From assembly GCA_002011125.2 (NCBI GenBank), contig MTMF02000009.1, forward strand, positions 128,001 through 192,000: a DNA stretch of 64,000 nucleotides, in the 5' to 3' direction. Origin of the DNA: Candidatus Hydrothermarchaeum profundi (GTDB lineage Archaea > Hydrothermarchaeota > Hydrothermarchaeia > Hydrothermarchaeales > Hydrothermarchaeaceae). A model generated the notes under the pieces. The model did not search any database. It was given only the letters and a program-made list of their open reading frames with translations, and was not told the DNA's origin. Positions 28,819 to 39,053 of the stretch are shown here, piece by piece (position 1 is the first letter of the stretch; every line of letters begins with the position of its first letter). A program made the position numbers and the translations under genes.

Positions 28819-30008
28819 GTGAACAGCTCCCTAGCACCTTTCTCCTCGACAATCCTTCTAAACCTCTCCCTCACGCTTGGGAACTCCTCTGCAACTGCTT
28901 TGAGGAAGTCTATCATGAGCTCCTCGAACCTGTCCACATCAAACCCCGCCCTATCACCCAATGGCAACCCGCATTTTCTGCAAAACAAGCTGGCCGGGTC
29001 TGTCTTCTCCTTGCACCTTGGGCACTCCATTACCCTGATAACTGGATCCTGGGCCTCCTTGGCTTCCTTGTATCCGTAGACCGCAAGTAGGCTCCCGTCC
29101 ACGTCACGGCCGGATAGGTGCACGTATATGCTGGGCATCTCGCTGTCCCTTCCCCAGCCGAAGAACTCCCGCATCTCAGGCTCCTTCAAATGCCTAGCCA
29201 AAAACGTGGCCCGGGCATGCCGAAACGCATGAGGGTTAACCCTCTTCTTTACCCCTGCTTTAACAGCCAGCTCCCTCAACAGGCGACAGGTGAAGCCATA
29301 GGACAAGTGGTTGTTCTTCCACTTCGGGTTGTTCGGCGTGGGCGTCTTACACCAGAGGTAGGCGTCGGGGTCATCCTTCCGGGGGTGCTCCTCGATCCAC
29401 CTCTCCAAGGACAAGGAGCTGGCAACGAGCCTTACACGCCTGTCCCCCGTCTTACCGCTGACCCTGAGCACGGCCCCGTACCTGTCAAAGCTGACATGCC
29501 TTAGTCTAAGTGGGAGGAACTCGCCGATCCTGCAGCCAGACTCATAGAGAGCCAGCACCAGGGCCCTATCACGGGTAGTATAAGCAACAGCTGCCAGCTT
29601 CTTTATGTCTTCCTCGGTCAAGACCTCCTCAGGCGTGGTGCCGTTCTTAGGCTGCTTAACCTTGATCCAGTCAACCGCTTCGCCTTTGCCAAGCCAGCGC
29701 ATGTAGCGCCTGAGGATCACCTTGTGGTCGTGCTTGGTCCAGCCGCTGTAGCTGCTTCTCTCCAGGCCCGCCACGTATGCCTTAACGTCCTCCATCGTGA
29801 GATCCTTGAATGGCTTACCCAGCCTCCGGCTTATACTGCTTAGAGCTGAAACGTATTTCATTACCCTGCTTGTGCTGTAGCCCTCAGCCAGCAGGTCGTT
29901 GCAGAAGCGCTCAACGTCCCCTCTATCCTCGGGGTGCAGCCTGGATATACATCTCCCGGCATATTTCTCCAGGTTGTCATCTCTCTTATATAGGTCCTCG
30001 GAAGCCAT
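28815..30008 (-). CDS. Tyrosine integrase with C-terminal Zn ribbon
   Basis: SGCRIGE, GKTG, HAFRH, FFGW, catalytic Y in IYVH; CPRC/CRKC. Confidence 0.93.
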   Translation of the reverse strand: MASEDLYKRDDNLEKYAGRCISRLHPEDRGDVERFCNDLLAEGYSTSRVMKYVSALSSISRRLGKPFKDLTMEDVKAYVAGLERSSYSGWTKHDHKVILRRYMRWLGKGEAVDWIKVKQPKNGTTPEEVLTEEDIKKLAAVAYTTRDRALVLALYESGCRIGEFLPLRLRHVSFDRYGAVLRVSGKTGDRRVRLVASSLSLERWIEEHPRKDDPDAYLWCKTPTPNNPKWKNNHLSYGFTCRLLRELAVKAGVKKRVNPHAFRHARATFLARHLKEPEMREFFGWGRDSEMPSIYVHLSGRDVDGSLLAVYGYKEAKEAQDPVIRVMECPRCKEKTDPASLFCRKCGLPLGDRAGFDVDRFEELMIDFLKAVAEEFPSVRERFRRIVEEKGARELFT

Positions 30009-30067
30009 GTCTTAAACCTCCTTTTCAACGGCTAATAAATTCTAAGGCTTAAGACATGGCCCCAGAC

Positions 30068-30138
30068 AGCCGAGGAGGGGAGTCGAACCCCTGTAAACCG
30101 ATCTGCAGTCGGTCACATAGCCTCTCTGTCACCTCGGC
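30068..30138 (-). tRNA. tRNA-Cys (GCA), no intron, CCA not encoded
   Basis: GCCGAGG/CCUCGGC acceptor stem, anticodon loop CUGCAGA, GUUCGA T-loop, U discriminator. Confidence 0.95.
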
Positions 30139-30326
30139 ATAATACTAATAAACTTTTAACATTGTTATACCAAATCCTCTTTTCAAAAGAATTTACTGCA
30201 AGAGAGAAAAAGACATTTACACTTGCATTCTTCAGAAAAGTAGAATCACGGCCTTATTTTTCATTGCTCTAATCCCAGCATAGCTCTAATGAAAATTTAT
30301 TATATAATGAAATTACAAGTTAAAGC

Positions 30327-30830
30327 ATGAGCGCAATATTATTGGAAGGACTTAAAACCGGAATAACAATCGAAGAGGATGGTATAAAATTTTATTCTAA
30401 TGCGGCTGAAAAAACCCAAGACCCGGCTGGAAAAAGGACTCTAGAGTTCTTGGCTAAAGAAGAGAAAAGGCATAAAGAATTTTTAGAATCCCTCTTGAAA
30501 TCCGTAGAAGATAAAGAAAACCCTGAGAAGATCATAGAGAAGCACATCGGCAAACCGAAAATATTCCCGAAAGAAGAAGAATTCTCTGAAAAAATAAAAG
30601 CTGGCAGACAGGACAAAGAAATCCTAGAAGAAGCCAAAAAAGTTGAAGAGAGGTCTATAAACTACTATGCAGGATTATCAAATAAAGTAGGAGAAAAAGA
30701 GAAGAAGATTTTTGAAATCTTAGTTGGTGAAGAAAGGAAGCATAAAGAATGGATCGAGTATATGGAGGAAGCCCTAGAAATCCACGGATACTGGCAAGGA
30801 GTAGAGAAGTACTTTGAACTAGAAGGTTAA
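30327..30830 (+). CDS. Rubrerythrin/ferritin-like protein
   Basis: Two E..Y...EExxH motifs. Confidence 0.85.
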   Translation: MSAILLEGLKTGITIEEDGIKFYSNAAEKTQDPAGKRTLEFLAKEEKRHKEFLESLLKSVEDKENPEKIIEKHIGKPKIFPKEEEFSEKIKAGRQDKEILEEAKKVEERSINYYAGLSNKVGEKEKKIFEILVGEERKHKEWIEYMEEALEIHGYWQGVEKYFELEG

Positions 30831-30837
30831 AGGCAAA

Positions 30838-31068
30838 CTAATCCCTGAACTCACCAACAACCGGAAAGACTTCTAATCTATCCTCTCCATGTGGGGCGTC
30901 TTCAAATTCCTCTGTAAGGTCATGGCCAGCTAGATGGTCGCCCATATGAACACCAGTCTCCCACATAAGGCTGTCAGACACATCATATACCTTCCCTTTA
31001 TAGGCTACATAAGCAGGCTTATTTACACCATCGTATTCTTTTAGCTCTTCTTTAGTAAAAACCTTCAT
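30838..31068 (-). CDS. Cytochrome b5-like heme/steroid-binding protein
   Basis: AYKGKVYDVS..W..G.H..H.AG.DLT..APHG. Confidence 0.88.
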   Translation of the reverse strand: MKVFTKEELKEYDGVNKPAYVAYKGKVYDVSDSLMWETGVHMGDHLAGHDLTEEFEDAPHGEDRLEVFPVVGEFRD

Positions 31069-32252
31069 TTATCCTCACCTCTTATCATAGCCGCAATGTC
31101 TTCTCCAAATCTATAGCACTCTTCGATATCTTTTTTTCCAGGCGCATACTTCACTTCCAAGGTATCTATCACCTGAAATCTTCCTCTACTCAGCTCTTCC
31201 TTTATAGCTTTTACTGCTCCTCCGCCCCATCCATACGAGCTAAAAGCAAACCACATCTTGTTCCGTGGCCTTAGTCCTCTTATGTAATGCAGGAACCCAG
31301 CTACAGTCGGATACATTCCTGAGTTAAGAGCAGGAGAGCCTACTAAAACCGCCTTTGATTCCATAACCTCTTTTGCAATTTCAGTCCAGTCGGAATTCCT
31401 TAAGTTAAAAAGCCTAACTTGGATGTTATTCTTCTCCATGCCTCGGGAGATCAACTTCGCCATCTCTGCAGTACTAGACCACATAGTATCGTATATGATG
31501 ACCGCCTTATTTTCAGCCTCCCCACTTGCCCACTTTGCATATGCTTCTATTATCTTTTCAGGGGCTTTCCTCCATATCAGCCCGTGTGCTGGAGCAATAG
31601 CATTAATGCGTATACCCATATTTTTTATTTCTCCTATTTTTTTAAGTACCACGGCTGAATAGGGCATTACAATAGCCGCAAAATATCTTGCAGCATGCTC
31701 CATTAATTTCTCGCTTGGAATCTCGTCATCGAAGCGCTCACTGCTAGCAATATGTTGACCAAATGGATCATTAGAAAAAAGAATTCCCTCTTTCTCCGAG
31801 TATGTGCACATATTATCCGGCCAATGAAGCATTTGGGCCTTGATAAATGTTAGAGTCCTTTCGCCTATTTTCAATGCGTCCCCTGTGTCTACAGCCCTCG
31901 CAGGCCAAGCACCATAATATTTCAATAGGCTCTCTTTCCCCTTATCAGATATAACAATCTCTGCGTCTTTTGATTCTCTCATAACTTCAAGTAATGCGCC
32001 AGCATGATCCTTCTCAGTATGATTAACTATCACATAGTCAATTTCCGAGGGATCTATTATGTTCCTAATCCTTTCGAGTAACTCGGAGTGAAATCCCGTC
32101 TTAACGGTGTCTATAAGGACATTTTTTTCATCTAAAATTAGATAGGCGTTATATGTGGTTCCAATCGGAGTAGTGTAGGAACCGCAAAAACGTATATCCC
32201 AGTCAATAGCTCCGACCCAATATATCCCATCAGCTAGCTTGACATCTTTCAT
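31065..32252 (-). CDS. fprA: Flavodiiron protein (FprA)
   Basis: TTYNAYLI, NHTEKDH, LHWPD, flavodoxin domain. Confidence 0.92.
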   Translation of the reverse strand: MKDVKLADGIYWVGAIDWDIRFCGSYTTPIGTTYNAYLILDEKNVLIDTVKTGFHSELLERIRNIIDPSEIDYVIVNHTEKDHAGALLEVMRESKDAEIVISDKGKESLLKYYGAWPARAVDTGDALKIGERTLTFIKAQMLHWPDNMCTYSEKEGILFSNDPFGQHIASSERFDDEIPSEKLMEHAARYFAAIVMPYSAVVLKKIGEIKNMGIRINAIAPAHGLIWRKAPEKIIEAYAKWASGEAENKAVIIYDTMWSSTAEMAKLISRGMEKNNIQVRLFNLRNSDWTEIAKEVMESKAVLVGSPALNSGMYPTVAGFLHYIRGLRPRNKMWFAFSSYGWGGGAVKAIKEELSRGRFQVIDTLEVKYAPGKKDIEECYRFGEDIAAMIRGEDK

Positions 32253-32274
32253 ATGAGCTACCTCGATTTAATAC

Positions 32275-32379
32275 TTAAACCTTTGAGAAGGAATTTTTAG
32301 AACCGCATTCGGGACACTTTCTTGGTTTACATCTACTCTCCTTCTCAAAGCCGCAGTTTTCACATTTCCAAGTTGCCAT
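32275..32379 (-). CDS. RCKP-type rubredoxin-like protein (34 aa, not in ORF track)
   Basis: MATWKCENCGFEKESRCKPRKCPECG. Confidence 0.8.
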   Translation of the reverse strand: MATWKCENCGFEKESRCKPRKCPECGSKNSFSKV

Positions 32380-32381
32380 CT

Positions 32382-32744
32382 TTACTCAACCCTTATTTCC
32401 GAGGTGTTCTCCCACATACCATGGAGATTGCAACTCTCAATTGCCCTAAGAGTAGTGGACCCATCTAGTGAAACTTTAAAAGTTACCTCAGGTTCACTTT
32501 TAACAGGCGATAAATCAGCTCTACCTATAAAGGCCTCACCCGCATAGAGTTCGATCCACTGGATAAAGTGTCCATATTCATTAGGATGTTTTAATAATTC
32601 TCCAACCTTAACTGTAACGCTAAAGGCTTCATTTGCCTTCACAACTTCCGGAGCATAAAGTACCGGCAGATGCTTCTTTTCAAGATCGCTTAGATTTTCT
32701 GGGTCTCCCGGCCTATTTATAGATTTTAAAGAAAACTCGGTCAT
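32382..32744 (-). CDS. sor: Superoxide reductase (neelaredoxin-type)
   Basis: EKKHLP, HP..GHFIQWI, CNLHG. Confidence 0.88.
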   Translation of the reverse strand: MTEFSLKSINRPGDPENLSDLEKKHLPVLYAPEVVKANEAFSVTVKVGELLKHPNEYGHFIQWIELYAGEAFIGRADLSPVKSEPEVTFKVSLDGSTTLRAIESCNLHGMWENTSEIRVE

Positions 32745-32759
32745 TTTTTCTACCTCCCT

Positions 32760-33173
32760 TCATTTTGATAATAAGCTGTTCCAAGTATGAAGATGCTCTT
32801 CTTCATCAGCCAAAACTTCTTCGTAAATTCTTCTCGTAACATAGTCGTTTTCCTCTATACAAATCTTTATATGCTTGTTATACATCTCAACGGCACCTTC
32901 TTCAAGCTCCAAGTCATCTCTAATCATTTTTTCAAGATTACCTCCCACTTTAATAGGGTTAGGCTTTATTGTAGGTACTCCTCCAAGATAGTTTAATCTC
33001 TTTGCAAAGGCTTCAGCATGCTTCATCTCAGTTATAGAGATATTTCTAAAAATTTCTTTTATTTTTAGGCTCTCCATGCCAGTTGCCATGACATTATGCC
33101 ACATATACTGAGTTATAGCTGTTAACTCCCGAGCTATAGCTTGGTTTAACGCCTCTTTTATTTTTTCAGACAT
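32760..33173 (-). CDS. Short bacterioferritin-like protein
   Basis: RE..AITQY, EMKHA, DEEEH. Confidence 0.8.
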   Translation of the reverse strand: MSEKIKEALNQAIARELTAITQYMWHNVMATGMESLKIKEIFRNISITEMKHAEAFAKRLNYLGGVPTIKPNPIKVGGNLEKMIRDDLELEEGAVEMYNKHIKICIEENDYVTRRIYEEVLADEEEHLHTWNSLLSK

Positions 33174-33175
33174 TG

Positions 33176-33619
33176 TTATAACCCCTCCTCTCCGAGAGTC
33201 TTGATATCAAGCACTGAACTCCAAAAATCGTCATGTTCTTGTTCATCAGCTATTATTTTTTCGAGCATACGTTTTGTGACAAAATCCCCTTCCTCATCAC
33301 ATAGTCTTACATGCTCAGTGTATTGTTTAATAGCTATACGCTCGCCCTTAAGATCATCCTTAATCATCTTTTTTAAATCCCCCCCAACTCTAATTTCAGC
33401 TGGTTTTGTAGTAGGGGTGCCCCCAAGATAGGTTATCCTATTAGCAATAGCCTCTGCATGTTTCATCTCTACAATGGAAATTTCTTTGAACTTTTGCTGT
33501 ATATGCGGACTCTCTAAACCCGTAGCCATTACGTGATGCCACATATACTGAGTTATAGCACTAAGTTCAAGCGCTAAATCTGAGTTTAATGCTTCCACTA
33601 TTTTCTTATTCAAAACCAC
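33176..33619 (-). CDS. Short bacterioferritin-like protein (paralog)
   Basis: LE..AITQY, EMKHA, DEQEH. Confidence 0.8.
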   Translation of the reverse strand: MVLNKKIVEALNSDLALELSAITQYMWHHVMATGLESPHIQQKFKEISIVEMKHAEAIANRITYLGGTPTTKPAEIRVGGDLKKMIKDDLKGERIAIKQYTEHVRLCDEEGDFVTKRMLEKIIADEQEHDDFWSSVLDIKTLGEEGL

Positions 33620-33857
33620 TCGCCTCCAACGGTGCTCATTCGCGATATTTATCTTCTAAAATACGGTTAATTAACTTGATTACGAATAATAAAAAAAATA
33701 GGACATTAAATTATTGAATCACTACTTCAATCCTATTATAAAAAGACAAATATAGCAACGGCCCTAAAATTACTCTTTTTTAATCATAAAATAATGAAAT
33801 ATTGAAATATGAAAATACCATTTTTTTAATTCGATTTTCTTAAGAGGTGGTTACTCC

Positions 33858-34307
33858 ATGACTTGGAAGACATTAGTAACTAAAAATTTTATTTTTCTAT
33901 CATTGCTCCTTGCAGTTATCTTAATCGCAGGATGTGTTACGTCACAGCCTGAGGAAAACATACTAGCCCTTCCTAATGAAGCAATAAAGCTAAGCGAAGT
34001 TGTACCTGGGATGGGAGAGCACTGGGCGATTCCTTCTGATCTTCCTTTCGGACCGATATACCTAGTTCATGAAGGAAAGATCATTGGGATCGAGTATATG
34101 ATTCACGAAGATGAGTTAGAGAGCAACCCTATTACATTACCATCAGGCGAAGTAATAGGCAGGCCTTTCATTATGTCAACACTAGGCCAGAAAATCAATC
34201 ATGTAGAACTAAATTACCTGCCACAAGGACATGCAGGCGACGAAGAGCCTCATTATGACTTGCACATGTATTTCATATCGAAAGAAGGGCGGGAACAAAT
34301 AAAATAA
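33858..34307 (+). CDS. Putative His-rich lipoprotein
   Basis: IAGC lipobox; VPGMGEHW, GH.G...PHYDLHMY. Confidence 0.65.
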   Translation: MTWKTLVTKNFIFLSLLLAVILIAGCVTSQPEENILALPNEAIKLSEVVPGMGEHWAIPSDLPFGPIYLVHEGKIIGIEYMIHEDELESNPITLPSGEVIGRPFIMSTLGQKINHVELNYLPQGHAGDEEPHYDLHMYFISKEGREQIK

Positions 34308-34377
34308 CCACAACCACTACATCTAAATTCAAATGATGCCCTACAATTATTTAATTGAAAAACAAAATATTTAATTT

Positions 34378-35094
34378 GTGAATAGAGGAATAGATAAAAA
34401 TCATCACGAAGTTTCTGTTGTAGTTCCAGCATACAACGAGGAAAAACTTTTAAAAAGCTGCCTAGAATCCCTAAGAAACCAGAGCCTTGAAGCACATGAA
34501 ATAATTGTAGTGGACAATGCAAGCACAGATGATACAGCCAAAATAGCAAAAGAATACGCAGATAAAGTAGTATATGAGCCTAGAAAAGGAGTTGCTTTCG
34601 CTAGGCAAAGAGGGTTTAAAGAGGCAAAGGGAGATCTAATAGCTTCTACCGATGCAGACACCATCGTTACTGAAAACTGGATAAGAGAGATACAGAAAAG
34701 TTTTCATAAAAATATAGTCTGCGTATATGGTCCAGTATATCTTGCTGACGCCACAGTATTTGAAAAATATTTAGCTAAGTTTGGATTTACTTTTTTTCTC
34801 ATAGCGAGTCATTACCTAGGGGTCCCAAATATAACAGGTATGAATTTTGCAGTATCTAAAAGGGCCTTCGAGCATGTAGGAGGTTTCGATTTAACTGTGA
34901 AATCTGCTGAAGATGTTACTCTTGCCCTGAAGCTTAAAAAAATTGGAAAGATGCATTTTAATTCGAAGATGCTGGTTTATACCTCTGCCAGAAGACTTCA
35001 AGCGGGAAGGAGAGATTTCTTAACCCATCATGCCTTAAATTACTTGTCTATATTATTCCATGGTAAAACGAGGGGATTTGAAGATATTAGATAA
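34378..35094 (+). CDS. Glycosyltransferase family 2
   Basis: VVPAYNEE, VDNASTD, DAD, ED, SARR. Confidence 0.9.
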   Translation: MNRGIDKNHHEVSVVVPAYNEEKLLKSCLESLRNQSLEAHEIIVVDNASTDDTAKIAKEYADKVVYEPRKGVAFARQRGFKEAKGDLIASTDADTIVTENWIREIQKSFHKNIVCVYGPVYLADATVFEKYLAKFGFTFFLIASHYLGVPNITGMNFAVSKRAFEHVGGFDLTVKSAEDVTLALKLKKIGKMHFNSKMLVYTSARRLQAGRRDFLTHHALNYLSILFHGKTRGFEDIR

Positions 35095-35105
35095 ATGCAT
35101 AGACC

Positions 35106-35135
35106 TATATAAAAAGTATTCTAACAAATCGTTAC
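35106..35135 (+). promoter_or_regulatory. TATA box plus heat-shock-repressor-like palindrome
   Basis: TATATAAA then CTAAC-N5-GTTAC upstream of thermosome gene. Confidence 0.55.
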
Positions 35136-35271
35136 TAAAATATTTTAAGATGTTATCCAACTCCCGTTTTCGTGTTAGAACTTAGAAATGGAGGTGCCGT
35201 GTAGGAGATTGGCAGAAAATCTACATGGAACCTTATTTCTGATTATTACCAAAAACTAAAATCAAGGAGGT

Positions 35272-36921
35272 GTGAAATTGGCAGCACAGCTTGGTGGACA
35301 ACCGATACTAATATTGTCGGATAAGACTCAAAGAACTATTGGGAGAGATGCCCAACGGATGAATATTTTAGCGGCTAGAGTAATCGCCGAAAGCGTAAAA
35401 ACCACCTTGGGCCCGCGGGGAATGGATAAGATGCTTGTTGATAGCTTAGGCGACGTGGTGGTAACGAATGATGGTGTGACCATACTAAAGGAAATGGATG
35501 TTGAGCATCCCGCGGCTAAAATGATGGTGGAGATAGCAAAAACACAGGATGACGAGGTCGGCGATGGCACTACTACAGCGGTAGTAATCGGAGGAGAACT
35601 TCTCAAGCGAGCAGAAGAGTTGCTCGACCAAGACGTTCATCCAACGGTCGTGGCTAATGGCTACAGAATGGCTGCCGAGAAGGCTGAAGAAATTATAAAA
35701 GATATTTCCATCGAAGTGAAAAAAGATGATATCAAGACTCTGAAAAAAGTTGCAATAACTGCAATGACGGGTAAAGGAGCCGAGAAGTCCAAAGAATACT
35801 TAGCTGATCTAGTGGTCAAAGCCGTACTGGCGGTCGCAGAGGAAGAGGACGGAAAGATCATGGTCGACACTGACAATATAAAACTTGAGAAGAAAGAAGG
35901 AGGAGGAATCGAGGATACAGAGCTGGTACAGGGTATTGTAATAGACAAGGAAAGAGTACATCCTGGAATGCCCCGAAAGATTGAAAACGCCAAGATTGCC
36001 TTACTCAATACATCTATAGAAATAGAGAAGACCGAGATAGATGCGGAGATCAGAATCACAGATCCAAATCAACTCAAGGCGTTTATAGATGAAGAAGAGA
36101 GAATGCTTAAGGATATGGTAATGAAGATCAAAGAATCCGGTGCAAACGTGCTTATATGCCAGAAAGGCATCGACGACCTAGCCCAGCACTATCTAGCAAA
36201 AGAAGGAATCTTCGCCGTACGTAGAGCTAAGAAGAGTGATATGGAAAAGCTTGCCAGAGCTACTGGAGCGAAAATCGTAACTAATATCGAAGACCTAAGC
36301 CCTGACGACTTAGGATACGCTGGAGTAGTCGAAGAGATAAAAATTGGAGATGACGAGATGACCTTTGTCAGAGACTGCAAAGACCCGAAAGCGGTGACGA
36401 TACTTATACGTGGAGGTACTGAGCATATTGTAGATGAAGTAGAGAGAGCTTTAGAGGACTGCCTTGGTGTAGTGCCTGCAGCCTTAGAGGACGAGAGTAT
36501 AGTACCTGGTGGCGGAGCAGCTGAAGTTGAAATTGCAAAGAGACTCAGAGACTATGCTAAGACGGTTGGGGGCAGAGAGCAGTTAGCTATAGAAGCCTTC
36601 GCTGATTCTCTAGAAGTCATCCCACGCGCCCTCTCCGAGAATGCCGGACTAGACCCAATAGATATGATCGTAGAACTGAGAGCGAAACATGAGCAAGAGA
36701 AAAACGGAGTAAGATTCGGACTAGACGTTATCGAAGGTAAAGTGAAGGACATGTTCAAAGACGGCGTGGTAGAACCAGCACGAGTGAAAACCCAAGCGAT
36801 ATCAAGCGCAAGCGAAGTGGCTGTGATGATACTACGAATAGACGATGTAATCGCGGCCTCTAAGTTAGAAAAGGAATCGCCACCAACGCCTCCTGAAGGC
36901 GGAGAAGGTGGTGAATTCTAA
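35272..36921 (+). CDS. ths: Thermosome (group II chaperonin) subunit
   Basis: [22 protein letters not shown]. Confidence 0.97.
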   Translation: MKLAAQLGGQPILILSDKTQRTIGRDAQRMNILAARVIAESVKTTLGPRGMDKMLVDSLGDVVVTNDGVTILKEMDVEHPAAKMMVEIAKTQDDEVGDGTTTAVVIGGELLKRAEELLDQDVHPTVVANGYRMAAEKAEEIIKDISIEVKKDDIKTLKKVAITAMTGKGAEKSKEYLADLVVKAVLAVAEEEDGKIMVDTDNIKLEKKEGGGIEDTELVQGIVIDKERVHPGMPRKIENAKIALLNTSIEIEKTEIDAEIRITDPNQLKAFIDEEERMLKDMVMKIKESGANVLICQKGIDDLAQHYLAKEGIFAVRRAKKSDMEKLARATGAKIVTNIEDLSPDDLGYAGVVEEIKIGDDEMTFVRDCKDPKAVTILIRGGTEHIVDEVERALEDCLGVVPAALEDESIVPGGGAAEVEIAKRLRDYAKTVGGREQLAIEAFADSLEVIPRALSENAGLDPIDMIVELRAKHEQEKNGVRFGLDVIEGKVKDMFKDGVVEPARVKTQAISSASEVAVMILRIDDVIAASKLEKESPPTPPEGGEGGEF

Positions 36922-36950
36922 GGGTGGATAATCCACCCATCTTATTTTTT
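36922..36950 (+). terminator. Hairpin plus T-tract
   Basis: GGGTGGA-TAA-TCCACCC followed by TTTTTT. Confidence 0.6.
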
Positions 36951-36995
36951 GTTTGATTAATTGCTCAGAAAAATTTTTGAGGGGGAGATTTAAAC

Positions 36996-37127
36996 ATGCC
37001 TCAGAAATGTTTTTGTGGAGTAGAATTAGAAATTATTAAAAAAGGTCGTATTTTAAGGTGCCCTGTGGAAGGAATAATTTATGAATATCCAAATAGAGTA
37101 AGTAGTGGAGAAGGTGCAAAGTCTTAA
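36996..37127 (+). CDS. Zn-ribbon-like microprotein (43 aa, not in ORF track)
   Basis: MPQKCFCG...LRCPVEG; G-rich SD. Confidence 0.45.
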   Translation: MPQKCFCGVELEIIKKGRILRCPVEGIIYEYPNRVSSGEGAKS

Positions 37128-37364
37128 AAAATATCTAATCTTTCTTCAAGTAGAAGTAAATCTTATGCTGGAGAGATTGATTAGGTATTTAGAGAATTAA
37201 TGCATCAATGCTAAGCTTTGAAAAAACATGAATTCTATTGGCTCCTCTCGTAGATTGATTACTAGGTGACTTATGCTAATAAAATCCGAAAAGGTCCAAA
37301 CAGCCTTATAGAAGTTTCTTCAATCCCCCCCAATATGAGGATAACCCATAATCCTTAAATCGAA

Positions 37365-37907
37365 TTATAAAATAAAAACTGCGGCGGCTACTACGGTTGT
37401 CCATCGACCGTCTTTTCCAACTACTGCCGACTGAGTAACGTTTGTGGTCCTCACGATTTTGCCGCTGATCTTCCAAAGTTCTCTCCTTTCATCATAGTCT
37501 TTTTCAGGATCAAAATCTATCCCAAGCGTAGTAGCCAGCATGCTCGCTGCCAGGTCCTCAGCATAATCTCCTGCCTTTGTTTCGTTTTCTCCAAACGAAT
37601 GATGCTCACTGAGATACCCGTATAATCCTTTTTCCGCGGGGATAGCACATCCAACTGAAGCGGCTAGAAGACGCCTAGGCTCATTACTAGAATTAACACT
37701 CATAACGCAGTGTACTATCTGTCCAGGTAGCAACTCTTTTAAACCTTTTTCCCTAGGAATAACCTTACAATTTGGAGGCAGTATGCTGGAGACCTTCACT
37801 AGATTGTATTTTTCAATTTTAGCATTTCTTAGAGCTAACTCAAAGGATTCTAATTTTTCTTTGTGCCTTCCTACACCTTTTGTAAAAAAGACTTTCCTAG
37901 GAATCAT
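37365..37907 (-). CDS. pdaD: Pyruvoyl-dependent arginine decarboxylase
   Basis: [23 protein letters not shown]. Confidence 0.9.
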   Translation of the reverse strand: MIPRKVFFTKGVGRHKEKLESFELALRNAKIEKYNLVKVSSILPPNCKVIPREKGLKELLPGQIVHCVMSVNSSNEPRRLLAASVGCAIPAEKGLYGYLSEHHSFGENETKAGDYAEDLAASMLATTLGIDFDPEKDYDERRELWKISGKIVRTTNVTQSAVVGKDGRWTTVVAAAVFIL

Positions 37908-37909
37908 TA

Positions 37910-38947
37910 TTACACCGCGTATGATAAGCTAAGATTTCCGTTCCAATCGTATTTTGGCTTTTTCCTTTTTTTTGCTGTTTTTAAAGATTTCTCCAAGAGA
38001 GCATGAGAAACTATAGGCAAAGCGATAGTAGCATCGACATGAACTTGAATTTTACTAGCTACAGAATCAATCTTCCCCCAAGAAACCGCCTCCTCAAAAG
38101 TGCTCCCACTTAAACCTCCCCACTGAGGCATATCGGTCGTAAACTGGATCGCATAACTATGCCCCCCAAGATCGGTACCGGTATTCCTAGCTATAACCTC
38201 GGTTTGCTGAATAAAGTTTTTAGGTACACCTCCTCCGATATAAATTACTCCAGTTTTTTCTGCCTTCTCCACTATCTGAGTGACCTCCTCTACATCCTTC
38301 ATCTGATTAATGTTAGGGCATTCACCATGCTCTCTTGATAACATCGCCAATGCGATACCAATAGAGCTATCTCCCAAGGCAGGAACGAATAATGGGACAC
38401 CAGCTTCATATGCGCTTACTATTATGGAATCCTTAGCGCCCCCATTTTTTTTAATCTCTTCGCCTAAAAGATAAAGGAATTCCCTAGAAGAGTACTCCTT
38501 CTTATCCAATTTCTTCGCAAATCCTCCTATTAATCTGTCAGTTTCTGCAAATTTATCTTCATCGGCGAATATATCGTACATTCTATCGATTTTATATCTA
38601 TAAAGTTCAGCATCATTAACAACTGGAGTACCCACATAGTGTTTCTCGCCTATCGCTTCATAAATATCATGAAAAATATTTGCCCCAGTTGAAACCAAGC
38701 AATCTACCATTCTCTCCCTTATAAAAAAAGAGATTATGCGCCTCATGCCAGCAGGCACCATTGCCCCACTAAGGCCCATCAATATAACTATCTTATCCTC
38801 ATGTAACATAGAATCCCATATTTCTATACTTTCTGCAAGTTTTCTACCTTGGAAACCGGTATAGAGCATAGACTCAAGTAGACTAGAAATCTTTCTTTCT
38901 TTTACTATTATAGGCTCAGTAGGTCTTCTTAAAAAATCTCGCTTCAC
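37910..38947 (-). CDS. dys: Deoxyhypusine synthase family protein
   Basis: GGGVPKN, GGLSG, EAVSWGK, DATI. Confidence 0.88.
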   Translation of the reverse strand: MKRDFLRRPTEPIIVKERKISSLLESMLYTGFQGRKLAESIEIWDSMLHEDKIVILMGLSGAMVPAGMRRIISFFIRERMVDCLVSTGANIFHDIYEAIGEKHYVGTPVVNDAELYRYKIDRMYDIFADEDKFAETDRLIGGFAKKLDKKEYSSREFLYLLGEEIKKNGGAKDSIIVSAYEAGVPLFVPALGDSSIGIALAMLSREHGECPNINQMKDVEEVTQIVEKAEKTGVIYIGGGVPKNFIQQTEVIARNTGTDLGGHSYAIQFTTDMPQWGGLSGSTFEEAVSWGKIDSVASKIQVHVDATIALPIVSHALLEKSLKTAKKRKKPKYDWNGNLSLSYAV

Positions 38948-39053
38948 GAAATCTCACATAAGGGAAGATTATATTTAAAATTTCTGTAATTATTAGTAAT
39001 TTTTACCTAAAAATTTATTACGAAAATAAAAAGAATGTAAAGTAGGTGTAGAT

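Larger units (their letters stand above)
19432..30080. mobile_element. ~10.6 kb integrated element (plasmid/provirus-like) in tRNA-Cys
   Basis: 13-bp direct repeat AGCCGAGGAGGGG at 19432-19444 and 30068-30080 (tRNA 3' end); terminal tyrosine integrase; mosaic base composition. Confidence 0.9.
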
